A DNA stretch of 64,000 nucleotides. Origin: a virus. Under the pieces are notes generated by a model, which worked only from the letters and a program-made list of their open reading frames with translations, was not told where the DNA came from and ran no database searches. The stretch's first letter is position 1; each line of letters begins with the position of its first letter. Where the stretch lies: positions 11,718 through 75,717 of IMG/VR virus record IMGVR_UViG_3300028883_000046; one strand, written 5' to 3'. The position numbers were made by a program, and so were the translations under genes. Positions 46,627-55,240 of the stretch are shown in pieces.

Positions 46627-47652
46627 TTAGACGTTTAAGGCGATTACATGCTTAAACTCTTCCTGTTCAAAAATTATTCTATTGGAGGAATAATAAAAAA
46701 TAACGTTTCTACTGGAAATCTTTTTTAGAATATCGATAAGATAGCTTGGATTAACTATCATTTCTATATCCTCTTTTATTTTCGATTTCATCCTGCCTTT
46801 TTCTAAACTTGATCCAAAATCATTTTTGGATGAAATTTCAAACTTTTTGTTTTTTTGAATAACTATACTTATTTCCTCTTTTTTCAATGACTCTCCGGAG
46901 GCAAATATTTTGCACCTTTCTATCGCCTTTAAAAATCCTATTCTGTTTGTTTCCAGTTTTACTTCCTTTTCGAAAATTTCTTCTTTTATTTTTGGATACT
47001 CCGCAACAAGAAGAGGAATCTTGATATAATACTTTTCGCTTTTAAACTCTATACTCTTCTTTCCAACATGATAGAAATCCAATCCAAGATTTTCTATTAA
47101 GGAAACGCATTGACTTGATAGAACAAAATCTTTGGAAAGCGGATTAGAAAACGGATAATAGGAGCATCTATTTTCATCTGTAGTTATCAACCCATCCTCA
47201 AATATCCCAAAATAAGTCAATATCCAGTTAATACTTTCTTTTGACAAAGATATTTTACAGAAAGATAAGGCCGGAAAGAAGTTTTTCGGGATTGCTTCCC
47301 ATTTCTTTGTTTTCTTGATTTTTGGGAAATCAATCTCTTCTTCTACAAAGGGAATTTTTGCTACTATTTTACCTTTGTCCTTATGTTTTATTTTTATAAA
47401 ATTTTCGCTCGATACAATTTCAATTTCCTTTTTTGGATTAAGGCTTTCAAGTAGTTTTTGAAACTTATCAAACATGATTACGCAATCCTTAATATCATGT
47501 TTTAATTTTGCCTCAATATACATCTCTTGACTTTTTGTGATTAGTTTATTCTCAGAGAATTTTAAATAAGAAGTATTTATGGACGTATCCGAAGAAGAGA
47601 TATTAAAAAGATTTTTTGTTAACTCTGAAATGTTTTCAACTATTGCCTTCAT
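46627..47652 (-). CDS. Sliding clamp (DnaN-like)
   Basis: 341 aa; 'TTDENR', 'EYP', 'VNPSYLIDIL'; adjacent to clamp loader. Confidence 0.75.
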   Translation of the reverse strand: MKAIVENISELTKNLFNISSSDTSINTSYLKFSENKLITKSQEMYIEAKLKHDIKDCVIMFDKFQKLLESLNPKKEIEIVSSENFIKIKHKDKGKIVAKIPFVEEEIDFPKIKKTKKWEAIPKNFFPALSFCKISLSKESINWILTYFGIFEDGLITTDENRCSYYPFSNPLSKDFVLSSQCVSLIENLGLDFYHVGKKSIEFKSEKYYIKIPLLVAEYPKIKEEIFEKEVKLETNRIGFLKAIERCKIFASGESLKKEEISIVIQKNKKFEISSKNDFGSSLEKGRMKSKIKEDIEMIVNPSYLIDILKKISSRNVIFYYSSNRIIFEQEEFKHVIALNV

Positions 47653-48833
47653 ATCATTTCCCTTCCCTCAATTAGTTGATAGGCTTTTTTATTGTCTTTG
47701 AATTCTGGGCCAATGTATTCGAATATCGCGCACGGGCGGGAGACTGCTTTCCTAAGCTTTGAAACCGATCTATCGGAGATTGTCTCAACTTTTAAAAAAG
47801 AATCGATATCAAGCTTGGTATACTGCATAATATCAGCTTTTTTGGTTTGTTTCCACTCTTCCGATCTCTTGAAAGATTTTATAAGAGCAGGATGTGCCGG
47901 ATACGTTTTCAACCTGTAACCAATTGACTTATACGCTCCTGCAAGTGCTTTTAGCAAAATCATTGATAGACCTAATCCTTGCCAGTCGGGAAGAGTAACA
48001 AGTCTTGATACTCCCAAAAGATTTTGATGTTTTGATCTGGATATAGGTCTGTTAAGAATTCCCGCAAAGGATACAACTTCTTCATTTATGAATAAGCCAA
48101 AACACTTCGCTCCTTTATTTAGTTTGGCAGTTAAATAGTGAAACGGAGCGAAAATTTCCCATGTTGCATAGGGCACTCTTCGGACTTCGCAATCAATAAG
48201 TGGTCGGTGGATTTGTTGAAGTAACCCCCTTGGTCTGAAAGTCATTGTGGCAGGTTCAAATACCCAATCCGGGTTGAGCCACTCTTCAATATCGTTATGA
48301 CAAGATATTGCCACAAATTGTTTTTTACTTTTTCTTCTGATATATTTTTGAATGGCAAAAGAACAAATATTTGCCACTTGTCTATCAACAACGGATGAAA
48401 ATTCATCTACAACAATAGGAGATGGAAGTTCCAAAATTCTTCTTGCCATCTCTACTCTGAATTTTTCACCCATAGACAAAACCTTATAAGGACGAAGCCA
48501 TGCGGGAATAGTGTTAAAGCCTACAGCCTGACAAGCCATTGATATATCCTCTATTGAAAGCGACTTGTCAAAATCATCTATAACCGACTTTCTCTTCCAC
48601 TCCAAATTCTTATGATAATTTTCTTTAAATATCTCTTTACCAATTACTGATTTGCCACAACCGCTTGGGCCTGTAATAAGTCCTATTGACCAATCCATGT
48701 TGTCTATAGGCAAGCTTCCTTTCCATTTTATCGTTTTGTTTTTCTTTGATGGTACATCAAACATCGATTCCAATTGACGGCACCTGATAGATCTGCTTTG
48801 CTCGTAATCTATAGCGATATTAATAGTTGGCAT
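47649..48833 (-). CDS. ABC-type ATPase fused to a GNAT acetyltransferase
   Basis: 'GPSGCGKS', 'LSMGEKFR', 'VVDEFSSVVDR', 'SCH'; GNAT 'SRLVTLPDWQGLGL'; 'FHYL'. Confidence 0.85.
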   Translation of the reverse strand: MPTINIAIDYEQSRSIRCRQLESMFDVPSKKNKTIKWKGSLPIDNMDWSIGLITGPSGCGKSVIGKEIFKENYHKNLEWKRKSVIDDFDKSLSIEDISMACQAVGFNTIPAWLRPYKVLSMGEKFRVEMARRILELPSPIVVDEFSSVVDRQVANICSFAIQKYIRRKSKKQFVAISCHNDIEEWLNPDWVFEPATMTFRPRGLLQQIHRPLIDCEVRRVPYATWEIFAPFHYLTAKLNKGAKCFGLFINEEVVSFAGILNRPISRSKHQNLLGVSRLVTLPDWQGLGLSMILLKALAGAYKSIGYRLKTYPAHPALIKSFKRSEEWKQTKKADIMQYTKLDIDSFLKVETISDRSVSKLRKAVSRPCAIFEYIGPEFKDNKKAYQLIEGREMI

Positions 48834-49006
48834 TTTAAACCTCTCTTTTCAAATTCTTTTAATAATCGTCTTTGTTGTTTTTCTCCTTCGCAGCTTATTA
48901 CTATTTTATAGTTATATTTATCATCAAAAGAAATCTTCTTTTTGGATTTGATTTTTGCTTCTTTAAAGAAACTTGATAGAGGAGAGCTTTTATTTTCCTT
49001 TGACAT
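48809..49006 (-). CDS. Small protein coupled to the ABC-GNAT gene
   Basis: GGGAG RBS; 'YKIVISCEGEKQQ...GLKCQLL'. Confidence 0.55.
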   Translation of the reverse strand: MSKENKSSPLSSFFKEAKIKSKKKISFDDKYNYKIVISCEGEKQQRRLLKEFEKRGLKCQLLISL

Positions 49007-49027
49007 AGTTTTTATCTCCCTATAAAC

Positions 49028-49064
49028 AAAAAAAGCGGTGGTTGATTTTCGCAACCACCGCTTT
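49028..49064 (-). terminator. Rho-independent terminator
   Basis: AAAGCGGTGGTTG / CAACCACCGCTTT stem with T7 tail on the - strand. Confidence 0.85.
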
Positions 49065-49099
49065 ATAGGATAATTTCTACATATTAGGACCGATGCTTT

Positions 49100-49942
49100 T
49101 TATTTGTTCAGCTTGTAAACATCTTTCTTCTCGTTGTGATCGATGGCACCGATGATAACGCAGGCGGTGATAATGATCTTCACGAAGTTTTTGATTGCGC
49201 TTGTTGTCTCGCCCATCTCTTCGCGTTTTGCTTTGGCAAGATCCACAATATCCTTCATTTTGAAGGCTTTCTTCTGTGAGGCGATCACGTTGGCAACGAC
49301 TTCGGGGATGGTGGCGCCCTTCTTCTTCTTTTCGAACCCGCGGCCGGAGCTCTTCTTGCCTTTCTTGCCTTTCTTGCTTTTCTTCTTGGATGATTTTTCT
49401 TCCTCTTCATCCTCATCCTCGTCTTCGTCCTCGTCTTCGTCTTCGTCTTCCTTGGCGGCTTTCTTGCTTTTCTTGCCGGCTTTTTTCTTGCCCTTGGCTT
49501 TCTTCTTGCCCTTGGCTTTCTTGGCCGGCTTCTCTTCTTCTTCCTCTTCGTCCTCGTCCTCGTCTTCGTCTTCATCCTCGTCTTCGTCTTCGTCGTCTTC
49601 GTCTTCGTCTTCGTCGTCCTCGTCTTCGTCGTCCTCGTCCTCATTCTCATCTTTCTTGGATTTCTTGGCGGACTTCTTGCCCTTGGCTTTTTTGATTTCT
49701 TCGGGCTCGTCCTCTTCTTCCTGCTCTTCGACATATTCAAGGACGGTATCATAGTACTTGAGGATCTTTTTGCTTACCTCGTCGATTTTCCCGTCGTCGT
49801 CGATCTCTTCAATGGCGGATACGAAATCTTCGGCCAGCTCATCCACATCCTTGGTCTTGGTGTCGATTGCTTCGGTGAGATCCAACTTGTTGAGTGCCTT
49901 TGCCATCTTTACCAGATCTTTAAGCTGAATTTTTTTTGCCAT
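49100..49942 (-). CDS. Charge-block protein (alternating poly-D/E and K/A tracts) with possible C-terminal winged helix
   Basis: Sequence composition; candidate promoter upstream and terminator downstream. Confidence 0.7.
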   Translation of the reverse strand: MAKKIQLKDLVKMAKALNKLDLTEAIDTKTKDVDELAEDFVSAIEEIDDDGKIDEVSKKILKYYDTVLEYVEEQEEEDEPEEIKKAKGKKSAKKSKKDENEDEDDEDEDDEDEDEDDEDEDEDEDEDEDEDEEEEEEKPAKKAKGKKKAKGKKKAGKKSKKAAKEDEDEDEDEDEDEDEEEEKSSKKKSKKGKKGKKSSGRGFEKKKKGATIPEVVANVIASQKKAFKMKDIVDLAKAKREEMGETTSAIKNFVKIIITACVIIGAIDHNEKKDVYKLNK

Positions 49943-50089
49943 GATTTTACTTCTCCTAAGTTTTTTTGATGAATGTTTTTGGTTATCCTCTTTTGTCTAC
50001 AATTACTAATTGCCCATGAACCTCCTTTTTTAATTAAGTAAGTTGCCAAGCAAGTATCACAGTTTCCTGCCTCAATTTCATTCAAATAC

Positions 50090-50144
50090 ATTATAGCAGA
50101 TTAATCAAAAAAACAATTGTTTCAAAAACAAGGCAACAATTGTT
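50090..50144 (-). promoter_or_regulatory. Extended -10 promoter (TGcTATAAT) with two upstream AACAATTGTT palindromes
   Basis: TGCTATAAT at 50098-50090; palindromes at 50111-50122 and 50135-50144. Confidence 0.5.
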
Positions 50145-50159
50145 ATCCTAACCATTATC

Positions 50160-50603
50160 CTAATCAAGGAGGCCTGTTATTTTATTATATGCCTCGCTTC
50201 TCTCGCCTGTTAGATAAATATGAAGGTTATTGTCTTGATAATAAATTTTGTAGTACGGGAAAAGATCTTTTAGAGAAGTAATGATTTTGCGACTTGCTAA
50301 TCTCATGATTAATCTTTCAACCTGATAATTATAAAAAAAACTTTTCGTTCCGTTTACATAATAGCGGTTCATATTAAAAAAAATATTCATAAAGGATAGC
50401 CTTATAACACTTTTGCCAATGTAGAAAACACTTTTATCATAAAATCTTATTTTCATTTTGGCAATTTTTCTTTTAAGGTTATCCTTAACAGCACCAATAT
50501 TTTTTATTTCATTGCCTATACAGTTTTTAATAACATCTTTTGCCACAAGGCGAAGATAATCCATTTCAACAAACAGGTTTTCTTCTACAAAATTTCTTTT
50601 CAT
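50160..50603 (-). CDS. Hypothetical protein
   Basis: GAGG RBS before ATG 50603. Confidence 0.55.
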   Translation of the reverse strand: MKRNFVEENLFVEMDYLRLVAKDVIKNCIGNEIKNIGAVKDNLKRKIAKMKIRFYDKSVFYIGKSVIRLSFMNIFFNMNRYYVNGTKSFFYNYQVERLIMRLASRKIITSLKDLFPYYKIYYQDNNLHIYLTGERSEAYNKITGLLD

Positions 50604-50607
50604 AACC

Positions 50608-52254
50608 TCACTCCTTTTTTTCTTTCGAAACGGGATAATGCGTATTGTAGTTATGCCAAAATTCACTATCCAACATCGCATGGCACGTTTCGAGGCGCTG
50701 GGTTAACATTACTTCTGAGTTAAGAAGTCTCCCTTTCCGTTTGAAAAGCATTCCTACCCTTTGTAAACCAAGTTCTTTTTCTAATTCGGAACTATTTATT
50801 GTGATTCTCATATCAAGATGGGCGTCCTTAGTTTTACTTTCACTTGTGTCCATTACGCCGATGGATCTTTTACCTCTTGCTGATTTTATTGTTTGATCTG
50901 CTAACAGTATAAGGGCGTCCAGCTCTTGAGATAAACCCGCGCACTTCTTCCAATTGTAGTCGATATTAAATCTATCCATCAAGTTGCCCTCTATAGGTCG
51001 CATAATGTCTGGATAGTCGATCATGATTATATCTGGTTTAAAGTTCTTTTTAGAGGTATAAGTTTTTATGTAGGTTATTACATCGTCGAGAGTGGCAGAA
51101 AAGCGCGGGAAGCATCTCATTCGGTAATTGTTTATACCAAAAGGGATAAATTTCTTTACTGTGTTTATTATTCTCTTCTCGCTTATAGGTTTTATTTTTA
51201 TTACTTTGAACCAAATTGCAGGAATAAATCTTTTTGTTTTCTTCGCTCTTTTATCTTGCTTGTTTCTACACTTTTGGCAAACTCTCCAATCTCTTCTTTC
51301 ATTGTAGGAAACCAAATCGTCTATCGAGTAAAGTAAATCTTTTGCGTTTAATTTTCTTTTTCTAACCTCGCATGTTCCAAACTGATTATTTTCACAATCA
51401 AAAACGGGTATAATTAACTCTCCTGCATGTTCATGGTCTAATGCATAGTTGCCAAGTCTTTGCCACAATCTTTCTTGTTTGTCTTCAATTGGCATTTCAA
51501 GATTTATATCCAATATTTTTAGCTTATGATGAATTACTCCTCTATATCCTACTTCTTGCATAAAGTGAGTCTTGCCAGATTTTTCAACACCGGTTATTGC
51601 TATTAGCTTCGATCTTGAAAATGGCCCTATAAAACTACCTATAGCTCCTGGAAGTCTAAACAATTCGTTTTTGTCTTTTTCTTCTCCATAATATTTTCTT
51701 ACCGCTCTAATACTTGCCGGCTTTACTGTCCCAAGCTCTGGATCAAAATCCTCTTCTACTATAGGATTATATTCTTTTATTATCTTGTCTATATCCTCGA
51801 TTTTATTTGATTGGATTTTTGCCTGCAAATTTGAAATGACTATTTCCGCTTCCTGTCTTTTTACAAATCGTGGTATTATCTCTTTCTTTATAAACTCAGG
51901 ATTAACTCCCACCTCTTGAGTTTTGGCGAACTCTTCTGCAAGTCTATCCAAATACTCTTCAACAATCCTTGCGGTATCTTTGTTTAAGGATTTGCTATAG
52001 CTTCTAAAAACTTCTTTGATAGTTTGTTTGGGAGCTTTTGAATAGTCGCCGTGGTACTTCATTAGCCATCTAAATATAGGCTGAAAGTATTGTCCAAAGT
52101 GCTTTGTCTTTATCTGGCCCGACTTGTATTTCTCGTAAACAAAAAGAAGTATTTCGTCAAACATGATCGAGTAAGACAATATGAACCATTCGTCCTCATA
52201 GATATCCTGCGACTCAAGTTCCAATATGTCGCTTAACTTTCTTCCCATATTCAA
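50608..52254 (-). CDS. Replicative DnaB-like helicase
   Basis: 'GVEKSGKT', 'NLEM', 'IMIDYPD', 'ADQ', 'SES'. Confidence 0.8.
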   Translation of the reverse strand: MNMGRKLSDILELESQDIYEDEWFILSYSIMFDEILLFVYEKYKSGQIKTKHFGQYFQPIFRWLMKYHGDYSKAPKQTIKEVFRSYSKSLNKDTARIVEEYLDRLAEEFAKTQEVGVNPEFIKKEIIPRFVKRQEAEIVISNLQAKIQSNKIEDIDKIIKEYNPIVEEDFDPELGTVKPASIRAVRKYYGEEKDKNELFRLPGAIGSFIGPFSRSKLIAITGVEKSGKTHFMQEVGYRGVIHHKLKILDINLEMPIEDKQERLWQRLGNYALDHEHAGELIIPVFDCENNQFGTCEVRKRKLNAKDLLYSIDDLVSYNERRDWRVCQKCRNKQDKRAKKTKRFIPAIWFKVIKIKPISEKRIINTVKKFIPFGINNYRMRCFPRFSATLDDVITYIKTYTSKKNFKPDIIMIDYPDIMRPIEGNLMDRFNIDYNWKKCAGLSQELDALILLADQTIKSARGKRSIGVMDTSESKTKDAHLDMRITINSSELEKELGLQRVGMLFKRKGRLLNSEVMLTQRLETCHAMLDSEFWHNYNTHYPVSKEKKE

Positions 52255-52265
52255 CCTTTCTTTGG

Positions 52266-53531
52266 CTAACTTGCCAGATATTTTTTGGATTTTACAATAC
52301 GGCTATTTACAAGGATTTGAGGAAGTAATTGGGTGAAAAAATAACTTGAATTAAAAAACATAGGATTATCGATATTCATAGGATTTTCAGATTTGAAAAT
52401 ATTCCCGTTTATTACTTCTAAAATCGTTCGAATAGACAACTTATTTATTTTAGCGTACTTTTTGATTTTAGAAGTAAAGATAACAAAAGCTCTTTTTTCG
52501 TAGGCTGAAATACTATCCACCCGCTTAAAGTTTTGCCAGTTTCTTACCATAACATTTGTTAATTGAGGATCGGGATCCGTTCTAACTATCATAAAATTTT
52601 TCTCTATGTGATCTCTTCCTTTCCTAAATTCGTTATACCAGGAACTAACGTTGACTTTCGAAACACCAGGAATATTACTTTTCTCATAATCGCTGTATTT
52701 GAAAAAAGTAGGAACACCAATCTTTTTTGGACGATAAACGAAATCTTGATTTGAGAAGTATTCTTTGGCAAGTGTAAAAGGATCTAAAATGTTTGTTCTA
52801 TATTTTTTAAAGTACTTTTGCAGAAGTGCAATTGATTCCTGATAAACGGCACTTCCTTTCCTATGTTTTACAAAAGGACTACCAAGTTTGAAAATTTCTT
52901 CTAAAAGCTTTTCGTAAAACTGTGGAACCACCATATCCTTCTGGATAAGAGTTGTTTTGTTTTTTGAAATTCTTTTTGGTTTCTTTCTGGATAATGCTTC
53001 TGAAAAATCGCTATTATAATCCAAGTCCGAATGGCTCTTTGCGAAGCAAAGGCCAATACGTCTTTGCGAAGCAAAGGCGTCTCCTAAGGTTTTACTGCTC
53101 TTAGGGAGTTTCAATACATTGATTTTATTCATTTTAAAAATACGTTTTTCTGCTTTCCTAAGGATTTTGTCACTTTTCCCTAAAGGAAATAACAGTCTCA
53201 AAAAATTACTTTTTTTTGACTTGTTTTTGGTAGTCTTACAGGTTATTACATCTGCGGACAAAAAATTTCGTTTTGAAAAAAGCAAAGCATTTCTTCCTAA
53301 TATATTCTCAAGGATAAAGAGATAGAGAATATATATACGAAGTATATATTCTCTCTCTTTTTCTTTTTTGCTACTTTTTTCTTTTTCTCTCTCTTTATTT
53401 TTTTTTGATTTTGCGAATACGATCCGAAACGAATTAGATTTATCTTCGTTTCGCTTGATATTCAATCCAAGAGCTTTTAGTTTTCTGTATTCTCGATTTT
53501 TTGCGTTTATTCGAATTTCAGTTATTTCCAT
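52266..53531 (-). CDS. Hypothetical protein between primase and helicase (possible replication initiator)
   Basis: GAGG RBS; low-complexity, hairpin-rich 5' region; function inferred from position only. Confidence 0.45.
   Translation of the reverse strand: MEITEIRINAKNREYRKLKALGLNIKRNEDKSNSFRIVFAKSKKNKEREKEKSSKKEKEREYILRIYILYLFILENILGRNALLFSKRNFLSADVITCKTTKNKSKKSNFLRLLFPLGKSDKILRKAEKRIFKMNKINVLKLPKSSKTLGDAFASQRRIGLCFAKSHSDLDYNSDFSEALSRKKPKRISKNKTTLIQKDMVVPQFYEKLLEEIFKLGSPFVKHRKGSAVYQESIALLQKYFKKYRTNILDPFTLAKEYFSNQDFVYRPKKIGVPTFFKYSDYEKSNIPGVSKVNVSSWYNEFRKGRDHIEKNFMIVRTDPDPQLTNVMVRNWQNFKRVDSISAYEKRAFVIFTSKIKKYAKINKLSIRTILEVINGNIFKSENPMNIDNPMFFNSSYFFTQLLPQILVNSRIVKSKKYLAS
53036..53078. repeat. 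18-bp direct repeat TCTTTGCGAAGCAAAGGC, each copy a GAA-triloop hairpin
   Basis: Copies at 53036-53053 and 53061-53078. Confidence 0.85.
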
Positions 53532-53684
53532 ACTTGCACCTCAGTCAAATTTGTGAAATGCATCTCTACAAACAATCAAAACAACATAGCGAAGCTATCA
53601 GGCGTCGTTTTTTTGATAGCTTAAATCGATCTCTTGTTAGATTGTATATCTCAACAAAAGATCGTTCGAAATTCAAGCTACCGC

Positions 53685-54599
53685 TCATTTGAAGTTTAAC
53701 ACTTTTTTTAGATTTAAAACTTCTTCCCTGGTTAGATTTGCAGGGTCATTAATTTTTCTGTTTTTCGTTTTTGTGTATTTCAAAATGTGGGTTTGTTTTA
53801 CTACTGGCGAAAGGTATTTAGAAATTCTTTTTGCCGCGCTTTTTCCTGGAGCGTCATTGTCATAGAAAATATAAAGATTTTGAATTTTCTTTTCTGCAAT
53901 TTCTAAAATTCTTTGTGGTGTGATTTTAATTCCCATGAAGCAAAACGCGCCATCACCAATTTTCATTACGTCAAAAGGGCCTTCAACACAAAAGGCATCT
54001 CCGTACTCGTTTACAGAATCAAGATTGAAAATGATTTCTTTTGGATCGATTCTCGATTCCTTTGCAGATGCGGTTTTATATTTTAGCTTTTGCTTCTCGG
54101 TTATATCTCTTCCTGTGAAAGATACGAGTTTTCCTTTTTGATATATTGGGATAATTATTCGATATCTGTAATCGCCATCAAGATAACAGGCTTTAAGCTT
54201 ATACTTCCTAATTACTCTTTTTGGTCGAAAGCCTCTTTCTTTCAAATATTTCAAGTGAATTGCTGGAAAGAAGTCGGACGCTTCTTTTGGTAGTACGGAT
54301 CGCCTAACGAGCTTTATTTTATTTTCTTCTGGAATGAACGTTGAATACTTATCAAGGTTCTTTAAAATATCTTTTGCTTCTTTGTAGGATTTATCGCAAA
54401 CCTCCACGATTATATCCAGAAGATTTTTAGGACCGCACTTCCAACAATTGCACATGGAAATATTTTTAAGATTTATCCCAAGGTGATTACTTCTATCGCC
54501 GCAGAAAGGGCATTGAATATTGATATGGTGAGAAGAGACGTTTTTACCGCTTGTCCAATATCTTATCCCTTCATTTTCGAATAGCTCTTTTATATCCAT
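53685..54599 (-). CDS. DNA primase (Zn-binding + TOPRIM)
   Basis: 'CPFC...H...CWKC', 'FTGR', 'VEGPFD', 'YDND..G'. Confidence 0.9.
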   Translation of the reverse strand: MDIKELFENEGIRYWTSGKNVSSHHINIQCPFCGDRSNHLGINLKNISMCNCWKCGPKNLLDIIVEVCDKSYKEAKDILKNLDKYSTFIPEENKIKLVRRSVLPKEASDFFPAIHLKYLKERGFRPKRVIRKYKLKACYLDGDYRYRIIIPIYQKGKLVSFTGRDITEKQKLKYKTASAKESRIDPKEIIFNLDSVNEYGDAFCVEGPFDVMKIGDGAFCFMGIKITPQRILEIAEKKIQNLYIFYDNDAPGKSAAKRISKYLSPVVKQTHILKYTKTKNRKINDPANLTREEVLNLKKVLNFK

Positions 54600-54805
54600 A
54601 CTTCTTCTTCTTTCCTGTAGTCTTTTACTTTTGGGCTGAATCGAAGGTAGGCTTCACCATCTATGCATATCCAAATTCTACCGTCTTCTGCCATTTGTAT
54701 TCCAAAGTCGCAAAAGATCATGTTTCCATCTATTGTTTTTTCGATAGATAAATGCCCTGTTTGGTGAGTTTCAGGAATTGCTTTTATTTTTTTTTGCTTT
54801 GGCAT
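54590..54805 (-). CDS. Hypothetical protein
   Basis: GAGGAG RBS. Confidence 0.55.
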   Translation of the reverse strand: MPKQKKIKAIPETHQTGHLSIEKTIDGNMIFCDFGIQMAEDGRIWICIDGEAYLRFSPKVKDYRKEEEVWI

Positions 54806-55035
54806 TATCTTTTTCTCCTCTTTATGATGTTTGGTTTTTTCTTTTCGAAGTAATCACATTTAAGCGCCTCGTCCATACAATTGTCAAAAAGATCTTTTTT
54901 GAACTTTTCGGCAGTTATCTTCCAAAAACCCATTTCACAACCCATAGCATTTTTGTCGCTTGATAGTTTGTGGATAGTACTGTAATGGGCGCATAGGCAA
55001 CAAATTTTAGGTTCAATTCTTTTACTCTTTTTCAT
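54805..55035 (-). CDS. Small Cys-rich protein
   Basis: CCLC...C...C...C. Confidence 0.55.
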   Translation of the reverse strand: MKKSKRIEPKICCLCAHYSTIHKLSSDKNAMGCEMGFWKITAEKFKKDLFDNCMDEALKCDYFEKKKPNIIKRRKR

Positions 55036-55226
55036 TTTACAATTTCCTCCAAAGTTTGTTTGCGATTTTTTAGAGCCTGTTTGTAATTGTCAATAGCCGT
55101 TTCTTGGACGAGCATGTTTGATTTTACTTCTCTCATATGTGGCAAATGGTAAACAAAAAACCAACCGCCAAATACTGCCCATGTAAATAGAAACGCCAAA
55201 TAAAGAAGTAGTTTTCCTCTGTTCAT
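55032..55226 (-). CDS. Small membrane protein
   Basis: N-terminal TM; GGGGAG RBS. Confidence 0.55.
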   Translation of the reverse strand: MNRGKLLLYLAFLFTWAVFGGWFFVYHLPHMREVKSNMLVQETAIDNYKQALKNRKQTLEEIVK

Positions 55227-55240
55227 ACTCTCCCCCTCTC

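Noticed and set aside
49143-49754. Poly-Ser, Arg/Pro and Thr/Lys alternative ORFs
   Set aside because: Shadow frames of the low-complexity 49100 gene, with no RBS support; the Thr-rich frame is not counted as a poly-Thr tag.
54805-54825. C-terminal KRRKR as a targeting motif
   Set aside because: It overlaps the GAGGAG RBS of the next gene, so it may be a by-product.
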